Source: Eledone cirrhosa (lineage: Eukaryota). Taken from it: a stretch of 64,000 nt of DNA. The notes under the pieces are model-generated. The model had not been told where the DNA came from. It worked only from the letters and a program-made list of their open reading frames with translations, and did not search any database. Positions 40,329 to 55,644 of this stretch are shown here, piece after piece (the stretch's first letter is position 1; every line of letters starts with the position of its first letter). The stretch lies in contig OZ024742.1 in NCBI GenBank assembly GCA_964016885.1, positions 29,574,001 through 29,638,000 of the forward strand, read 5' to 3'. The position numbers were made by a program, and so were the translations under genes.

Positions 40329-41867
40329 CATACACTATTTATTGGAATTGAATTACTTCCATCATAATGTAATTATTCAGAGACCTCCTACGCCACTCAC
40401 ACCGCCCAAAATAATATGTCGTTGAAATATAACGATTCAAATTTTGACATATAACATTAAAACATTTTAATATTGTTGCTTTTTTTCATTTCTTTTCTTT
40501 TTTCTTTTTTTTCTCTCTTTTTTTTGGGTAACGAAATGTTTTGGTTTCCAATTGGAATCAAATTATGAAAACTTCATTCACGCAATTCCTTATTTTCATA
40601 ATTATAACGAAGTTATTTCAGTCCTGATAAAAAGACATATTTCTTGCTTCACCAAAACTTTCTATGTAATTCTCTACATGTATCAGTTTCACAGAAACCG
40701 TAGAAATATGTATTGGATTTTTTTATATATATATATGTTATTTTCTTTCTTTCTTTTTAGTATCAAGTTAGAAATTATCTCTTTCGGTTAGTTTCTTCCG
40801 TGTTTCGATAAACATTTATAGAAATTCTTCTTTCGTTTGTGTCTTTCATTTTCTACTACAGCATTGAAGAATTCTGCTGCACTAAATTTGTTCCAAAACG
40901 AACCATTCTATCTTCTTTCAAATTGACGATTCAAAACAAATCGCTTCAGAGAAAATATTCTTAGACGTCATCGCTTTTTGAAGATGACTTTTTCCGTTTG
41001 CTTTGATCTGGGAAAACTATTCTTGTTTTGAACACTAATCATGGTTTCTTCGTTGTTGAATTCCTATATTTCTTTGCTTCGTGACCTTAAGGGCAGAAAA
41101 CCATCGTTTTGTTGTTGTCTTTGACAATTTGCGTCCGTCACCAAAACATGAAGCTGAGGTTGACAGTACGTGGTTTGAAGGAGGTTTTTAATATCAAAAT
41201 CGGAATTGAATTGTAATCAATACCAAATCAACATGGCTTCTATCAAAAGCCACAGACGCGAATAGAAGATAAAAGCCATATGGGAAGTGATGGTGGTACA
41301 AATGTAGTTATAACGTGATGAGAGATTTTTACTGCGTGCTTTTACAGTCATAATTGTGTGACAGAATAATATTTATCTTATGCAACAAGATCACGTTATA
41401 GTTGTTCTGATACACGTGTGTTATGTTTGCTGTTAAAACTGACGGAAATAATGCCACGGTTTACAAACATCCATAATGATTCAGATATATACCATTTACA
41501 TTTGTTCCTACAAGATAGCAAAAAACACTCGTTAATCAAACACTGCTTCTGTTGCTTGCATCAGTGACTTTTACTTATCATACGGCGAGACAATACAGAA
41601 TAGTTTTTATGAGACAGCTTTATTTGAAAGAAATAGCAGCCAAATATCACTCAATTCATATCCAACCATCTTAAGACTGGGAGACATTTCGAAACTTCTA
41701 ATTTATTATTATGGAGTGATAAATGGATAACTAGATGGTGGTGACAGCGGGCGTAGAAGTTTCGACTAAATACCAACAGAATAAAACTACTACGGCCATC
41801 AATTGTTATCGAGTATGACTTAGTGGTATTTACTTTCCTTTCGCTAAAGGTGTTTAGTGTACGTACA

Positions 41868-42130
41868 GTCGCGTGGCCTTATGGTAAGTGTTTCGGACTT
41901 ACGACCATTATGTCGGGGGTTCCATTTCTGAACCATTATGTCGGGGGTTCGATTTCACATTGCTCCAGTATACTCAGCTGAAAATAAGTACCATCAATAG
42001 CTGGGAGTTTAACCCTTTGATGGACTGTCATGTTCAGGAAAGAGTCAAAGAGCCTTGTATTCTCAGTTGTTTCACGCTGCGGAAAACTAGATAATCACCG
42101 GCCTGGTGAGTCTCCGGGCTCGAGACAGAC
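41868..42130 (+). mobile_element. tRNA-derived SINE (family 2-like) with internal duplication
   Basis: A box tggccttatgg, duplicated accattatgtcgggggttc, then atttcacattgctccagt. Confidence 0.65.
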
Positions 42131-43142
42131 TTCAGAGAGTCCCGAGCAGACATAAACACCCATATAACTCTCTTCCTCTTGAACCAACGAAACACCTTGG
42201 GTGTGACAGCAGGGAGGAAAGAGTGATGCACCAACACTGCTGAATTGAAACGTACTTATGGACACCGAAAGGATAAAAGGCAGAGTGGACCTCAGTAAGA
42301 TTTGAACTCAAACCGCAGAGATCTTAAAGAAACATCCAGCGCTGTAACGACCACCTTGGCCACAAATAATGTGATTCGAAAAAGAAAGATGTGATTGTTG
42401 TGCCAAGACTACCTTTCATGGTACAAGCGTTATATGACGTCTGGATGTAAGCAGCACATAATCAGTTGACTAGTACGTGGCAGACATGTATGTTTCTCTA
42501 TGTCTAAGCTTTCAAAATACCATTAAGTCAGTGAACTATATCTTAGTGTATGGAGTCAGGGAAGGGTCCGACCATAGAAAAAATGCCCAATACTCACGAG
42601 GTCGGTGAGAGATAGCTATTTTTATCCTAGACACTGAAACGTTACAGAAAAGAATCTTCGACACCTCAGCCTGTATCATCTTAAACTTGAATCAACAAGT
42701 AGGTAAGTGAATTCATCAAAATCAAAACGGTAAATAATGGTAGACAACAATGATGGTAGACATTTAATTATATCAGTAACAGAAATCGTATATTGTCTAT
42801 GACAGACATAAGTTGGTAATGCGATTGGTTTAGAGATTAGTAATGTAACAGACATGATTTATTACTGAGTGATGGCAAGAGCAGAGATCAGTGACACAAG
42901 AGGATTAAATACTAGATTATGACATAAGCTGCTATCAGTGAGCCAAGAGCTTATAACACACTGGCAAAAGAGGAGCCATAGAATGGTATCCTTAAGATGA
43001 TTCCAGCCCATTCCATATATATATACATATATATACATATATATACATATATATATATATTCATATATATATATTTCATATATATATAGTTTCAGAAGAT
43101 GCCGTTAAGGGTGAAAGCAGTGATTCTTTGCTTAAACTTTAA

Positions 43143-43435
<293 letters not shown>

Positions 43436-43437
43436 TC

Positions 43438-43471
<34 letters not shown>

Positions 43472-43480
43472 GAGTGTGTG

Positions 43481-43519
<39 letters not shown>

Positions 43520-43521
<2 letters not shown>

Positions 43522-44421
43522 AGGAGGCTATAGTTCACTTGAAGCATTGTGTAATGAGGTATAAACGTTTGTATGTGTATAATAAAGCCAAAACAATGCA
43601 GGTATGGACATAGAATAAAGAATGCAAATGCAAAAGATATTGTTGACAATTAGTCTTTTACCTTAGATTTATTTAAATGTCCTTAATTTTCGAGATAATA
43701 TCTCTTCTTCGGAGGGAAGTAAAGCGGTTAAACCAGTGTTCTAAGTAGCTTGCCAAGTCTATACCCTTAACGACTTAGCTATACCCTTAAAGAATTAGCT
43801 TTTAATGAATTTCCTTTTTATTCCTGTAGAATCTCATCTATATTAAAACTATATATATATATATATACATATGGAAATTCAGGACCCTGACGGTTGAGCT
43901 CCGGCCGTTTCAACAGCTAGATCCGAACTCCGATTTTTTATATTACCCACACTATCACACCAAGTATCGAGTACTCTGTTGAGTAATGGTCTACCTGGTT
44001 TTTACCGCCTCCATTCTGATATATATATATATATATATTTATTAAAATAACAGATTAAAGTTTAAGCAAAGAATCGCTGCTTTCACCCTTAACGGGATCT
44101 TCTGTGAACGCAGAAGTAAATATTTCGAAAAACGTTCCAACCGAAGGAAGACAGGAAGACGATACTTTGGTTCGTGGAGACAATCCCTGGCAAAGAACGA
44201 AAAAAAAACGAAGATAATACGTCATTATTTGGAGCGTGTAATTGTTTTCACCGCTCCAAATAATGACGTATTATCCCGTTAAGGGTGAAAGCAGCGATTC
44301 TTTGCTTAAACTTTAATCTGTTATTTTAGTAAATATTTGCTCTATGGTTATTATATATTTGATGTATATTTATCCTTATCGAGCCCTCTTTGGATTTTAG
44401 TCTTCAAATTTATTATTATTA

Positions 44422-44479
<58 letters not shown>

Positions 44480-45092
44480 GATATAGATATCCCAGTAGGT
44501 ACTAGGTACCCATTTGATAAGCGAAACCGCCGGTCATAGCACTAGAAGAGGTAAATATTTAAATCGTATTTTAATTTATTTAAAAGATTGTTTAATGTTT
44601 ACTTGTTCCGCTCATATATATATATATGTGTGTGTGTGTGTGAAAAAGTAAGATTTAAAAAAAAACAAATATATATATATATATATAAACGTTTGTATAT
44701 GTATAATAAAGCCAAAACAATGCAGGTATGGACATAGAATAAAGAATGGAAATGCAAAAGATATTGTTGACAATTAGTCTTTTACCTTAGATTTATTTAA
44801 ATGTCCTTAAGTGTTCTAAATAGCTTGCCAAGTCATGCTGACTTGTCAGCATGACTTGGCAAGCTATTTAGAACACTGGTTTAACTGCTTTACTTCCCTC
44901 CGAAGAAGAGATATTATCTCGAAAATTAAGGACATTTAAATAAATCTAAGGTAAAAGACTAATTGTCAACAATATCTTTTGCATTTGCATTCTTTATTCT
45001 ATGTCCATACCTGCATTGTTTTGGCTTTATTATACATATACAAACGTTTATACCTCATTACTCAATGCTTCAAGTGAACTATAACTTCGTCC
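43520..45092. repeat. Nested direct and inverted copies of (TA)n-embedded elements
   Basis: 43520-43758 is inverted at 44852-45092, with a direct partial copy at 44686-44835 and a palindrome at 44811-44875. A separate IR is 44038-44100/44272-44335, with another copy at 43093-43146. Confidence 0.85.
44896..44931 (+). ncRNA. Minimal hammerhead-like motif (variant core CCGAAGA); mirror copy 43681-43716 on the minus strand
   Basis: cct CCGAAGA a-gagat-att-atctc GAAA at TA agg. Confidence 0.45.
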
Positions 45093-45185
<93 letters not shown>

Positions 45186-45451
45186 TGTGTGTGTGTTTAA
45201 GGATTGAACTAGTTTTAAATCATTATTCAACAGAGTACACGATATTTGGGATAGTAGAATATGACTATATTAAATAGTGTTGGAGCTCGACGGCGGGCGC
45301 GTTGCCGTTTCAACAGCTAGTCTGAAACTAACTGTTCATTTAGCGCTAGGTTGCTGGCTCTGTTATGGTCAGAAACACACGCTCATACAGTTTAGAGAGA
45401 CCAAAAGAGACACCTCTAAACTTACCTTCACAGCTCTGAACCGACCTACAA

Positions 45452-45522
45452 CTAACACACATACACACTCACACACACACTCACACACACACACACTCAC
45501 ACACACACTCACACACACTCAC

Positions 45523-45556
<34 letters not shown>

Positions 45557-45995
45557 GCACGCACAGACACTCAGACACTCACACACACACACTCACACAC
45601 ACATGCACACACACTCACACACACACACTCATACACACACTCCACACATACACGCTCACACACACACACTCCCACACACACACACTCCCACACACACACA
45701 CACTCACACACACACATACGCTCACACACGCAGACTCACACACACTCACACACCCACACACACACACTCACACACACACACACACACTCTCACACACACA
45801 CACACTCACACACACACGCACACACACTCACACACACACACTCATACACACACTCCACACATACACGCTCACACACACACACACACTCACACACACATGC
45901 TCACACACACACACTCCCACACACACACACTCCCACACACACACACTCACACACACATACGCTCACACACGCAGACTCACACACACTCACACATC

Positions 45996-46026
<31 letters not shown>

Positions 46027-47321
46027 ACACACACACACACTCTCACACACACACACACACACCCACTCACACACACACGCACTCACACACACACACACTT
46101 ATACGCATGCACACACGTACAGCTATATATACAAAACATGTTATCAGATAAACGCGCTCGATCACTACCTTTTAAAACAAGATTATCTCACACAAAACGC
46201 CAGCATCAACAGTTTTCCTAGAGATGGCGACATGAACGTTTCAATCGAATTAACGGTATTAGATATTTATTTCGATGTGATCTTATAATCATTTGTGTGT
46301 GTGTGTGTGTTGGGGGTGTACATGTGTATTTATGTGTCTGTCTCTATCTCTGTGTGTGTCTATGTGTGTGCATTTATGTGTTTGTTTCTATGCGTATGTG
46401 TATGCGAATGTGTGTGTGTCTGTCTGTGCCTGTTTCTAAGTGTGTGTGGGTGTGGGTGTTTATGTATGTGTGTATATGTGTGTGTGTGTCTATGTATGCC
46501 TGTTTATAAGTATATGTGTGTGCATATGTATGTATCTGTATGTATCTGTGTGTTTCTGTACGTATATGTGTGTATGGGTAATTGTGGGTGCGTGTGATTG
46601 AACACAGCATTGTCGAAAGGTAAAGAAGTTCCCTTCACAATCATTAGGTCCCAGGTTCAATCCCCCTACATGACATTATGTTCAAGTGTTATTTACCATT
46701 ACCATGGTGGGTCACACAATACGTTTCTGGTGAAACTGGGTAGACAGAAACTGTGTGGAAGCCTGTTAGTTGGACAGTACATGTAATTCAAAGAGCCAAC
46801 TTTGTCATACTTTGTGACAAACTGAATCTTCCTGAGAATTGCATCAAGATACATTGGACTGTGTAATGCTCGGTCACTTAAACCTTAATTTCATGAACGA
46901 GCTGTTTCGTTGATTAAATAATTGGATCACGCATCGTCGAAATCACACGCGTGTGTGCGTGTGTGTGTTTGTGTTTGCATGTGTGTTTGTGTTTGCATGT
47001 GTGTTTGTGTTTGCGTGTGTGTGTGTGTGTGTATGTGTGTGTGCATGTATGCATATGTGTTTGTGTCTGCTTGTATGTGTGTTTGCGTGTGCGTATGTGT
47101 TTGTGTGTGAATGTTTGTATTTGTGTGTGAATGTTTGTGTTTGTGTTAGTGTGTCTGTCTGTTTGTGTGTGTTTGCGTGTGTGGTTGTGTGCGTGTGTGC
47201 GTGTGTTAGTGTGTGTTTGTATTTGTGTTAGTGTTTGTGTGTGCAAACATTACAAATAAAGATCTGTATTTTATTTTTGTAGATATCATACGACAAACAT
47301 CTGTATTGAAGCAACAACAAC

Positions 47322-47355
<34 letters not shown>

Positions 47356-47405
47356 ACAACGACAACGACAACGGCAACAACAACAACAACAACGGCGGCA
47401 ACAAC
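45452..47405. repeat. (CA)n/(TG)n/(CAA)n compound microsatellites with an embedded SINE-like repeat 46600-46930 (related copy 62260-62535)
   Basis: Visible repeats; ggttcaatcc B-box; cttaatttcatga shared between the two copies. Confidence 0.75.
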
Positions 47406-47838
47406 AAATAATATTAATATTAGTTTATTGTGAATACGTATAGATTGAAAGATTGATGAGAGGAGTAAAGAGTCTACGGGCTTCAGACGACCTTTTCAAA
47501 TTCAACATTCCTCGCTAAATTTTTACTCGCAGACATCTTGTGTTTCTAGATTTCAACTTCCTGAAAAGTTTTATTTTATTAATTCGTTGTTGTTTTTTTT
47601 TGTTGTTGTTTTTTGTGGGTCTATTTTTAATTTTTGTTGCTTTCCAAAGTTCATAAACTTTTGATATCTTTCGAGGAAATATGTTTTTGTTTTTTGTTTT
47701 TGCTTTTCTTTTGTGGTAGATTTTTACATCATGCTATCCTCACCATATTCCACATATCTCCTACCCTGCCAACATATCTTACAGAAACCTTGCCCTGGAG
47801 TAAACAAATACGCACATATATTATATATATATATATAT

Positions 47839-47907
<69 letters not shown>

Positions 47908-48102
47908 ATATATATTTATACGTATAATATTATATTAACATTAATAAAAATACATATTAAATACATAATTAAAAGAATTATATATATGCACAACACACAC
48001 ACACGTACACACATACACACACACATATATATTATATGTGTATATATGTATACATATGTATATATGTATATATATATACATATATATATAAATATATATA
48101 TA

Positions 48103-48239
<137 letters not shown>

Positions 48240-48634
48240 TTATATACGTATATATATGCACGTATATATGTGTGAGTGCGTAAATATAATGAATATATAA
48301 TATTCAAATTTTTATCGCAGTTTAAAATTGTTTAAATGTCTCTTAAACCCCAAAACTTTCTTTAAATGTTTGAACTTAGTCTCCTTTTGGATGCCCCTGA
48401 AAGTAATAGGAAGGTGGGCCCCCACTAAAGCACAAGTTTGCTGTCGGACCCTGTACGATTTCGCTCGATCAGCTATAAGTAACAGCCAATATATAATACA
48501 GAATACTATATAATACAGAATACTGTAGAAAAAACCTCACATATCCTATACAATGTCTGTGTAAAATATGGGAGAGTATTTTATTTTTAATCGGATCCTG
48601 TACTATCTGGAAAAATAGAAAATTATATTAAGTA

Positions 48635-48852
48635 ATTGTTTTTGATTTAGGGGCAAGGTCAATAATTTGGGAGAAGGGGAAAGTTGATTAAATCTACACC
48701 AGTACGCTACTGGTACTTTATTTTATCGGCTCCGTATGGATGAAAGGCAAAGCTACTTCAGTGAGATTTAAAATCAGAATGTAAAGGGCCGTAGCTCTAT
48801 GCTGCGAAGCATGATATCCGACGCTCTACCGATACTAGCAATCCACCACCCT
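48635..48852 (-). mobile_element. tRNA-derived SINE (family 1)
   Basis: Reverse complement of the family-1 head and core. Confidence 0.75.
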
Positions 48853-49911
48853 TCTTTATATCAAATAATTTAATCTTAGAAACATCTAGATTGACGTGAT
48901 GATGTCGGTGTGAATGTTTTTGATCATTTATGTAGTTCTACAGTCTACTCTTTCTGGGTTAGCCTAGGGCTAAATAACAATACGAATAACATTGCACTGA
49001 TTAATGTGCCTGTCTATTACTGGTAACATTACCAGGGAATCATACGAAGTGCTTGTTAAAAGCTAAAAAATTTGCTTTCATATTGCTAAAGAATTGTTCA
49101 ACAATTCATGTTGGTTAGAATGACAATCTAACTAATTATTAGAGATTGAGGTAATAGTTCCCTGTCATGAGTCCAAGCTATATATAATAAAGTAGTGTCA
49201 AATACAGATGTTTATATAAACGTGTATAACAACCAATATGTAAGGTATCAAATTTATAAATAATTATAAACACTGCAGACTTGCAAAGGATTTGAAATCA
49301 AGATTAGGTTGAATAGAGGAGGAAGAATTTTATCCTCACGCCGGAAAATTAAACAGAGTACATGCAAGAGGGTGGACTCCATTAAAGCCCTCTAGTAACC
49401 AGGCGGAGGCGGTGGTGAAGAGGGCTTCGGGTTAGGTCTACAATGAAAGACGCAGACGGACAAACCTCTACACAGTTTATTCCGTTTATGAAATTCCATT
49501 CATAAAGAGTTGCTCGACATCAGACCATTGCGGAAAAAACTTGCCCAAGGACGTACATGATATAATTTCCTGTTTACAAGATGATAGATTGACATTTGAG
49601 GGACAATTTTAGCTGTTACATCTATTTCCAGCAAGCACGTGATGACTGCTTCATTGGCTGCTAGTCATACCATTGCTTACAGCAGTGTAATATCAAACAT
49701 AAACACCATTGTGTGGGACTTAATTACAGTTAGGTGAACTGTGGCATTATATCAGACATAGTGCAGCACTGGTGACTGGTAAATATGGCACCTTATTGAC
49801 TTTAGCCAACAGAGAATGTGTGATAGTGAAATTCATTATATCACCAACACCATCGTCACCACCAATATTAGCAACATTCATGCGGCGAAAATAAAAACAT
49901 TATATATATAC

Positions 49912-50106
<195 letters not shown>

Positions 50107-50221
50107 TATATATATGCATATATATATATATATTCATGTATATACAATATATATATACATATATATGCATATATATGTATATATACATATATATATGCAT
50201 ATATCTGCATATATATGTATG

Positions 50222-51059
<838 letters not shown>

Positions 51060-51192
51060 CACACCCATAGATATACAGGGCATTACAGAGATGACGGCTG
51101 AGCGATCCGAAGACATGGACAGACATGATCTAGATATATTTATATGACTAAACTTAATAAATTAATTTGAATTATATTTATTTATATATATT

Positions 51193-51272
<80 letters not shown>

Positions 51273-51526
51273 CAGACAGACAGTTATACAGTCGGAGACA
51301 TGTCTTTTACCCTCACTGATTATCTGTATATACTTATATATGTATATATATATGTGTGTGTGTATATATATATGTATATATACATATAAGTACATATATG
51401 TATATATATATGCACACTTACATAAATATATGTCGGCTGGAATAGGTAAATATATATATATATATTTACATATATACATACATACACACATACATACATA
51501 CATACATACATACATACATACATACA

Positions 51527-51557
<31 letters not shown>

Positions 51558-51914
51558 TAGTCTGGGAGACAGTAAAGTCTGTGTAGTCTGGTTTAGATTA
51601 TTATTCTGGGGTTGAACCTCTTAAAACAATTTATGTTATTTAGTTTTTGTTTTTTTATTTATTAATAAATCAAGTTCACGCAGATCCATGTATTGAGACA
51701 TTACTATGCCGTCATCTCTGTACAGCAACATTTGAGAAAATCAACAGAAAAAAAATTCCGATATTAAATATATATTTGTGTATTTGTATTTGTATTGTTT
51801 ATTTGTTAAAAGACAGAAGAAAGTTTGAAGAAAAACCTCCTACAAACTATATAAGTATTCACTTTTTGTTCATTAGTTCCTATATTCATATAAATATATT
51901 TATAGAACTCTGGC

Positions 51915-52007
<93 letters not shown>

Positions 52008-52351
52008 CAAAGGAATTGTGGTAAGGAACCAGATGGACCATTAGTCCAGAAATAGCCATCGAAACGGCTTGAGCTCTGCCGTCGGGGGTCATACTTTTTC
52101 CTATATATATATATATATATATATAAATTGATGAGCAGAACAAACAATTATATTATAGACACCCTATATATCTCTATGGGTACTTAGTACTCAGTGAGAG
52201 ATTTACCTCATTTTTATATATATATATATATATATATAGTGACGAAATATATATATATAACGAAGGAAGTGTGGTAAGGAACCAGATGGACCATAACGCA
52301 CCAGAGTATTCAATACTTAGAGTAGTAGAGTGGGTAATAGGAACATTTTTA

Positions 52352-52446
52352 ACTCCGACGGCTGAGCTCAAGCCGTTTCGACGGCTATTTCTGGACTAAA
52401 TTGGAATTTTTAGCGTGGTAATAAATAGCCGAACTTTTCAAGGAGT
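52352..52446 (-). ncRNA. Type I hammerhead ribozyme with U3:A8 core and long stem II (mirror copy ~54480-54575 on the plus strand)
   Basis: actcc TTGAAAA g-tt-cggctattt..aaatagccg-t-c GAAA cggct-tgagctc-agccg TC ggagt. Stem I has 5 WC pairs, stem III is fully paired, and the triplet is GUC. Confidence 0.75.
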
Positions 52447-53010
52447 AATTCCTTATATGGGAAGATTGTAGTTGTCAAAAGGATTGGTCAAAGTTTCTTG
52501 TAAACACAATTAAATCTTTCATGGCAGTGGGTGGGTGGTGGGGCTGAACTTACCTGTAGAACAATGAGGGAGTGGGTGGAGCCGGTCAAGGCATAAAAGC
52601 AAATTCTAAGGAGTGTGTATGAAATTAGGCTAGTAAGGAAACAGGCGAAAAAGGTACTGAGAGTGGGATGTTATAGAAATGGTTAATAAATTGAGATTAA
52701 AAGATAATTAAAAAAATAAATAAATAAATAAAAATATTAATAATAAAATTAAATAGTAAAAATAATAAGAAAAACTCTAGAGTCTAAAGCAGTTGCTATA
52801 TTTTTAGCTGGTATTGCGTTTTCGGCCAATGCTATATATAATTTACTGGGCTGGGAGTACTGAGGCTACAAACGCCGGGTGGGCTGCCTTGGAGTAGGCG
52901 AAAGAGGGAAAAGGAAAAGGAAGAGGAGAGGCAGTGGAAGGAAGTGATAAGAAGAAATAAAAGGAAAAATAAAAGAAAAAGAAAAAGAAAAGAAGTTCAT
53001 CTACCTATGT

Positions 53011-53830
53011 ATGCAGGGGTTTCCCCTGGTTAAAAACATCTCCCTCCGCATATCTAGTTTGTCCGTTAATGAGCAGATATTCGATGAACATGCGCCTCAT
53101 TACAATCAGGCCCTCAAGCGAAGCGGCTTTCGGGGGGAAATCTCCTTCTATCCAGCTTTCCTTAGTGGAACCAGCAGGCGACGGCGCCGCTCACGCCACG
53201 TAACGTGGTTCAACCCTCCACACAATGCCGAGGTGGCAACACCAATCGGGAAAATCTTCTTTAGGCTCCTAGAAAAACACTCCCACCACAACACCGCAAC
53301 CACAATATAATCAACAAAACACTATCAAACTCTGCTCTAGCACCACACCCAACTTCGCACAAAACATCACCTCCTCAAACTACAAGAAACTCAACCCCTA
53401 TGGAGGAAACAACCTAGACATTAGTGGAGAGCAGACTATGAGATGTAACTGCTCTGATAGATCTACGTGCCCTCTCAACAAGAGATGCTGAGGACGTAAC
53501 GTGAGGACGGAAACCTCCAACAAAGCCTATATAGGATTAACCGCTTGCGACTTCAAGACCCGACTCTACCAACACCGACATACGTTCCGAAACCCGGCCA
53601 GACAACATGCCACTACACTTTCGGGCCACATCTGGGACCTCCAAGATAACAACATAACATACAATCTTACTTGGAGCTTACTGTCCAGGGCTAACTCCTA
53701 CACAGGAGGACGCCTTCCGTGTAACGTATGCTCTGAGAAAACATTACAAATGCTGTTTACGAAGGACGAACTCCTAAACAAAAAAGAAAAACCTGTAACT
53801 GCATATAAACACCGATTTCGTAAGACTTAA
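53011..53830 (+). pseudogene. PLE C-terminus: WFNPP linker, Cys cluster and GIY-YIG endonuclease (frameshifted)
   Basis: VTWFNPP, CNC..CPL..C (53444-53488), YIGLT..FKTR..QH..F, TLS.HIW.L, CNVC.EK, LLNK. Confidence 0.9.
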
Positions 53831-54585
53831 CTCGCCCGCAAACCCCCTCATGACCCGGGTGGGTAGACAATGGTTGCAACATCCTTCTTTTCCCCACTTG
53901 CCGAACAAAATAGGGGAAACCCCAGCATACAATTTCTTTTCGTTTTCCCTTTATCTCTTCTTATCACTTCCTTACACTCCCTATCCTCTTGTTTTCCTTT
54001 TTTCCTCTTTCGCCTACCCCCAAGGCAGCCCATCCGGCTTTTGTAGCCTCAGTACCCCCACCCCAGTAAATTATATATAGCATTGGCCGAAAACGCAATA
54101 CCAGCTAAAAATATAGCAGCTGCTTTAGACTCTAGAGATTTTTCTTATTTTTACTATTTAATTTTATTATTAATATATATATATATTTTTTTTTTATTAT
54201 CTTTTAATCTCAATTTATTAACCATTTCTATAACATCCCACTCTCAGTACCTTTTTCGCCTGCTTCCTTACTAGCCGAATTTCATACACACTCCTTAGAA
54301 TTTGCAGTATAGAATTCACTCAACGCTTGACCGGCTCCACCCACTCACTCATTGTTCTACAGGCAAGTTCACCCACCACCACCACCACCCCACACCCACT
54401 GCCATGAAAGATTTAATTGTGTTTACAAGAAATGTTGACCAATCCTTTTGACAACTACAATCTTCCCATATAAGGAATTGCTCCTGAAAAAGTTCGTCTA
54501 TTTATTACCACGCTAAAACTTCTAATTTAGTCCAGAAATAGCCGTCGAAACGGCTTGAGCTCTGCCGTCGGGGTTAAAAGTTTTC

Positions 54586-54644
<59 letters not shown>

Positions 54645-54654
54645 GTAAAAATAG

Positions 54655-54830
54655 ATTCTACAGGACTAGAACTGTTTCATTCGGAAGAAATCATCGTGGC
54701 TTTCTGATGATTTCTCCCCAATGAAATAGTTTTAGTCCTGTAGAAGCCATTTCTATATTAAATATTTATACTGTGCTATGTATTGAGTACCTTACTTACT
54801 GTGGTTACCCCCGATTGAACCCGGGATATA
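54655..54830 (+). ncRNA. Fold-back element with hammerhead motif 54698-54748; inverted family copy at 55345-55525
   Basis: ggcttt CTGATGA tttctccccaat GAAA tag-ttttagtc-ctg TA gaagcc, facing an inverted partial copy at 54656-54696. Confidence 0.6.
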
Positions 54831-54858
54831 CATATATATATATAATTCAACACTACTT

Positions 54859-54932
<74 letters not shown>

Positions 54933-55523
54933 AGTGTTGAATGAATCTGTAGAACAGATATAGGAAACAGAGTACTCTATTCAATACATTGAGCTCGAAG
55001 TAGAAACGCACAAACTAAACCATATGTGTGATTGGAAACCTATTGTAGCAACAACTAGGTATTAAACATATCTACACTGTAGCATATTTATATAGATACA
55101 TATATTATTAAATTTAAGCCCAAATCACACTGGTGAGAAATACAAATATATATATATATATATACATATATATAGAAGTAAAAAAACAAAAATTCAAAAA
55201 ACAAAAACAATAACGAAGAGTGCAGTACAAATAGTGTTGGTATTAGGTTCACGCAGGAGAGTTGGGTGGGGGATATATATATATGTGTGTGTGTGTGTGT
55301 ATGTGTGTGTCTGCCTGTGTGTCTGTGTGTCTATGCATGTCTGTATACCTGGTTCAATCGTGGGTAAACACAGTAAGTAAAGTACTCAATATATAGCAGA
55401 GTATAAATATTTAATATAGAAATGGCTTCTACAGGAGTAGAACTGTTTCATTCAAAGGAAATCATCAGGAAAGCTTTGATGATTTCCTTCGAATAAAAAT
55501 GTTCTAGTCCTGTAGAAGCCATT

Positions 55524-55596
<73 letters not shown>

Positions 55597-55644
55597 ATAT
55601 ATATAAATGGCTTCTATATATATTTATGTATGTATGTATATATA

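Larger units (their letters stand above)
52255..54585 (+). mobile_element. 5'-truncated Neptune-type Penelope-like element with inverted pseudo-LTRs (~640-bp arms)
   Basis: 52347-52990 is the reverse complement of ~53935-54580. The core encodes the linker and GIY-YIG domain. Flanked by (TA)n. Confidence 0.9.

Noticed and set aside
40400-43010. Relatively unique sequence with a donor-like AG|GTAAGT at 42702
   Set aside because: No recognisable ORF or exon chain, so a host gene cannot be supported without RNA data.
43093-43135. CAGAAGA..GAAA hammerhead-like string (also 44070-44105, minus strand)
   Set aside because: U4 is altered and stems I and III are poor; at most a degenerate relic, so not called.
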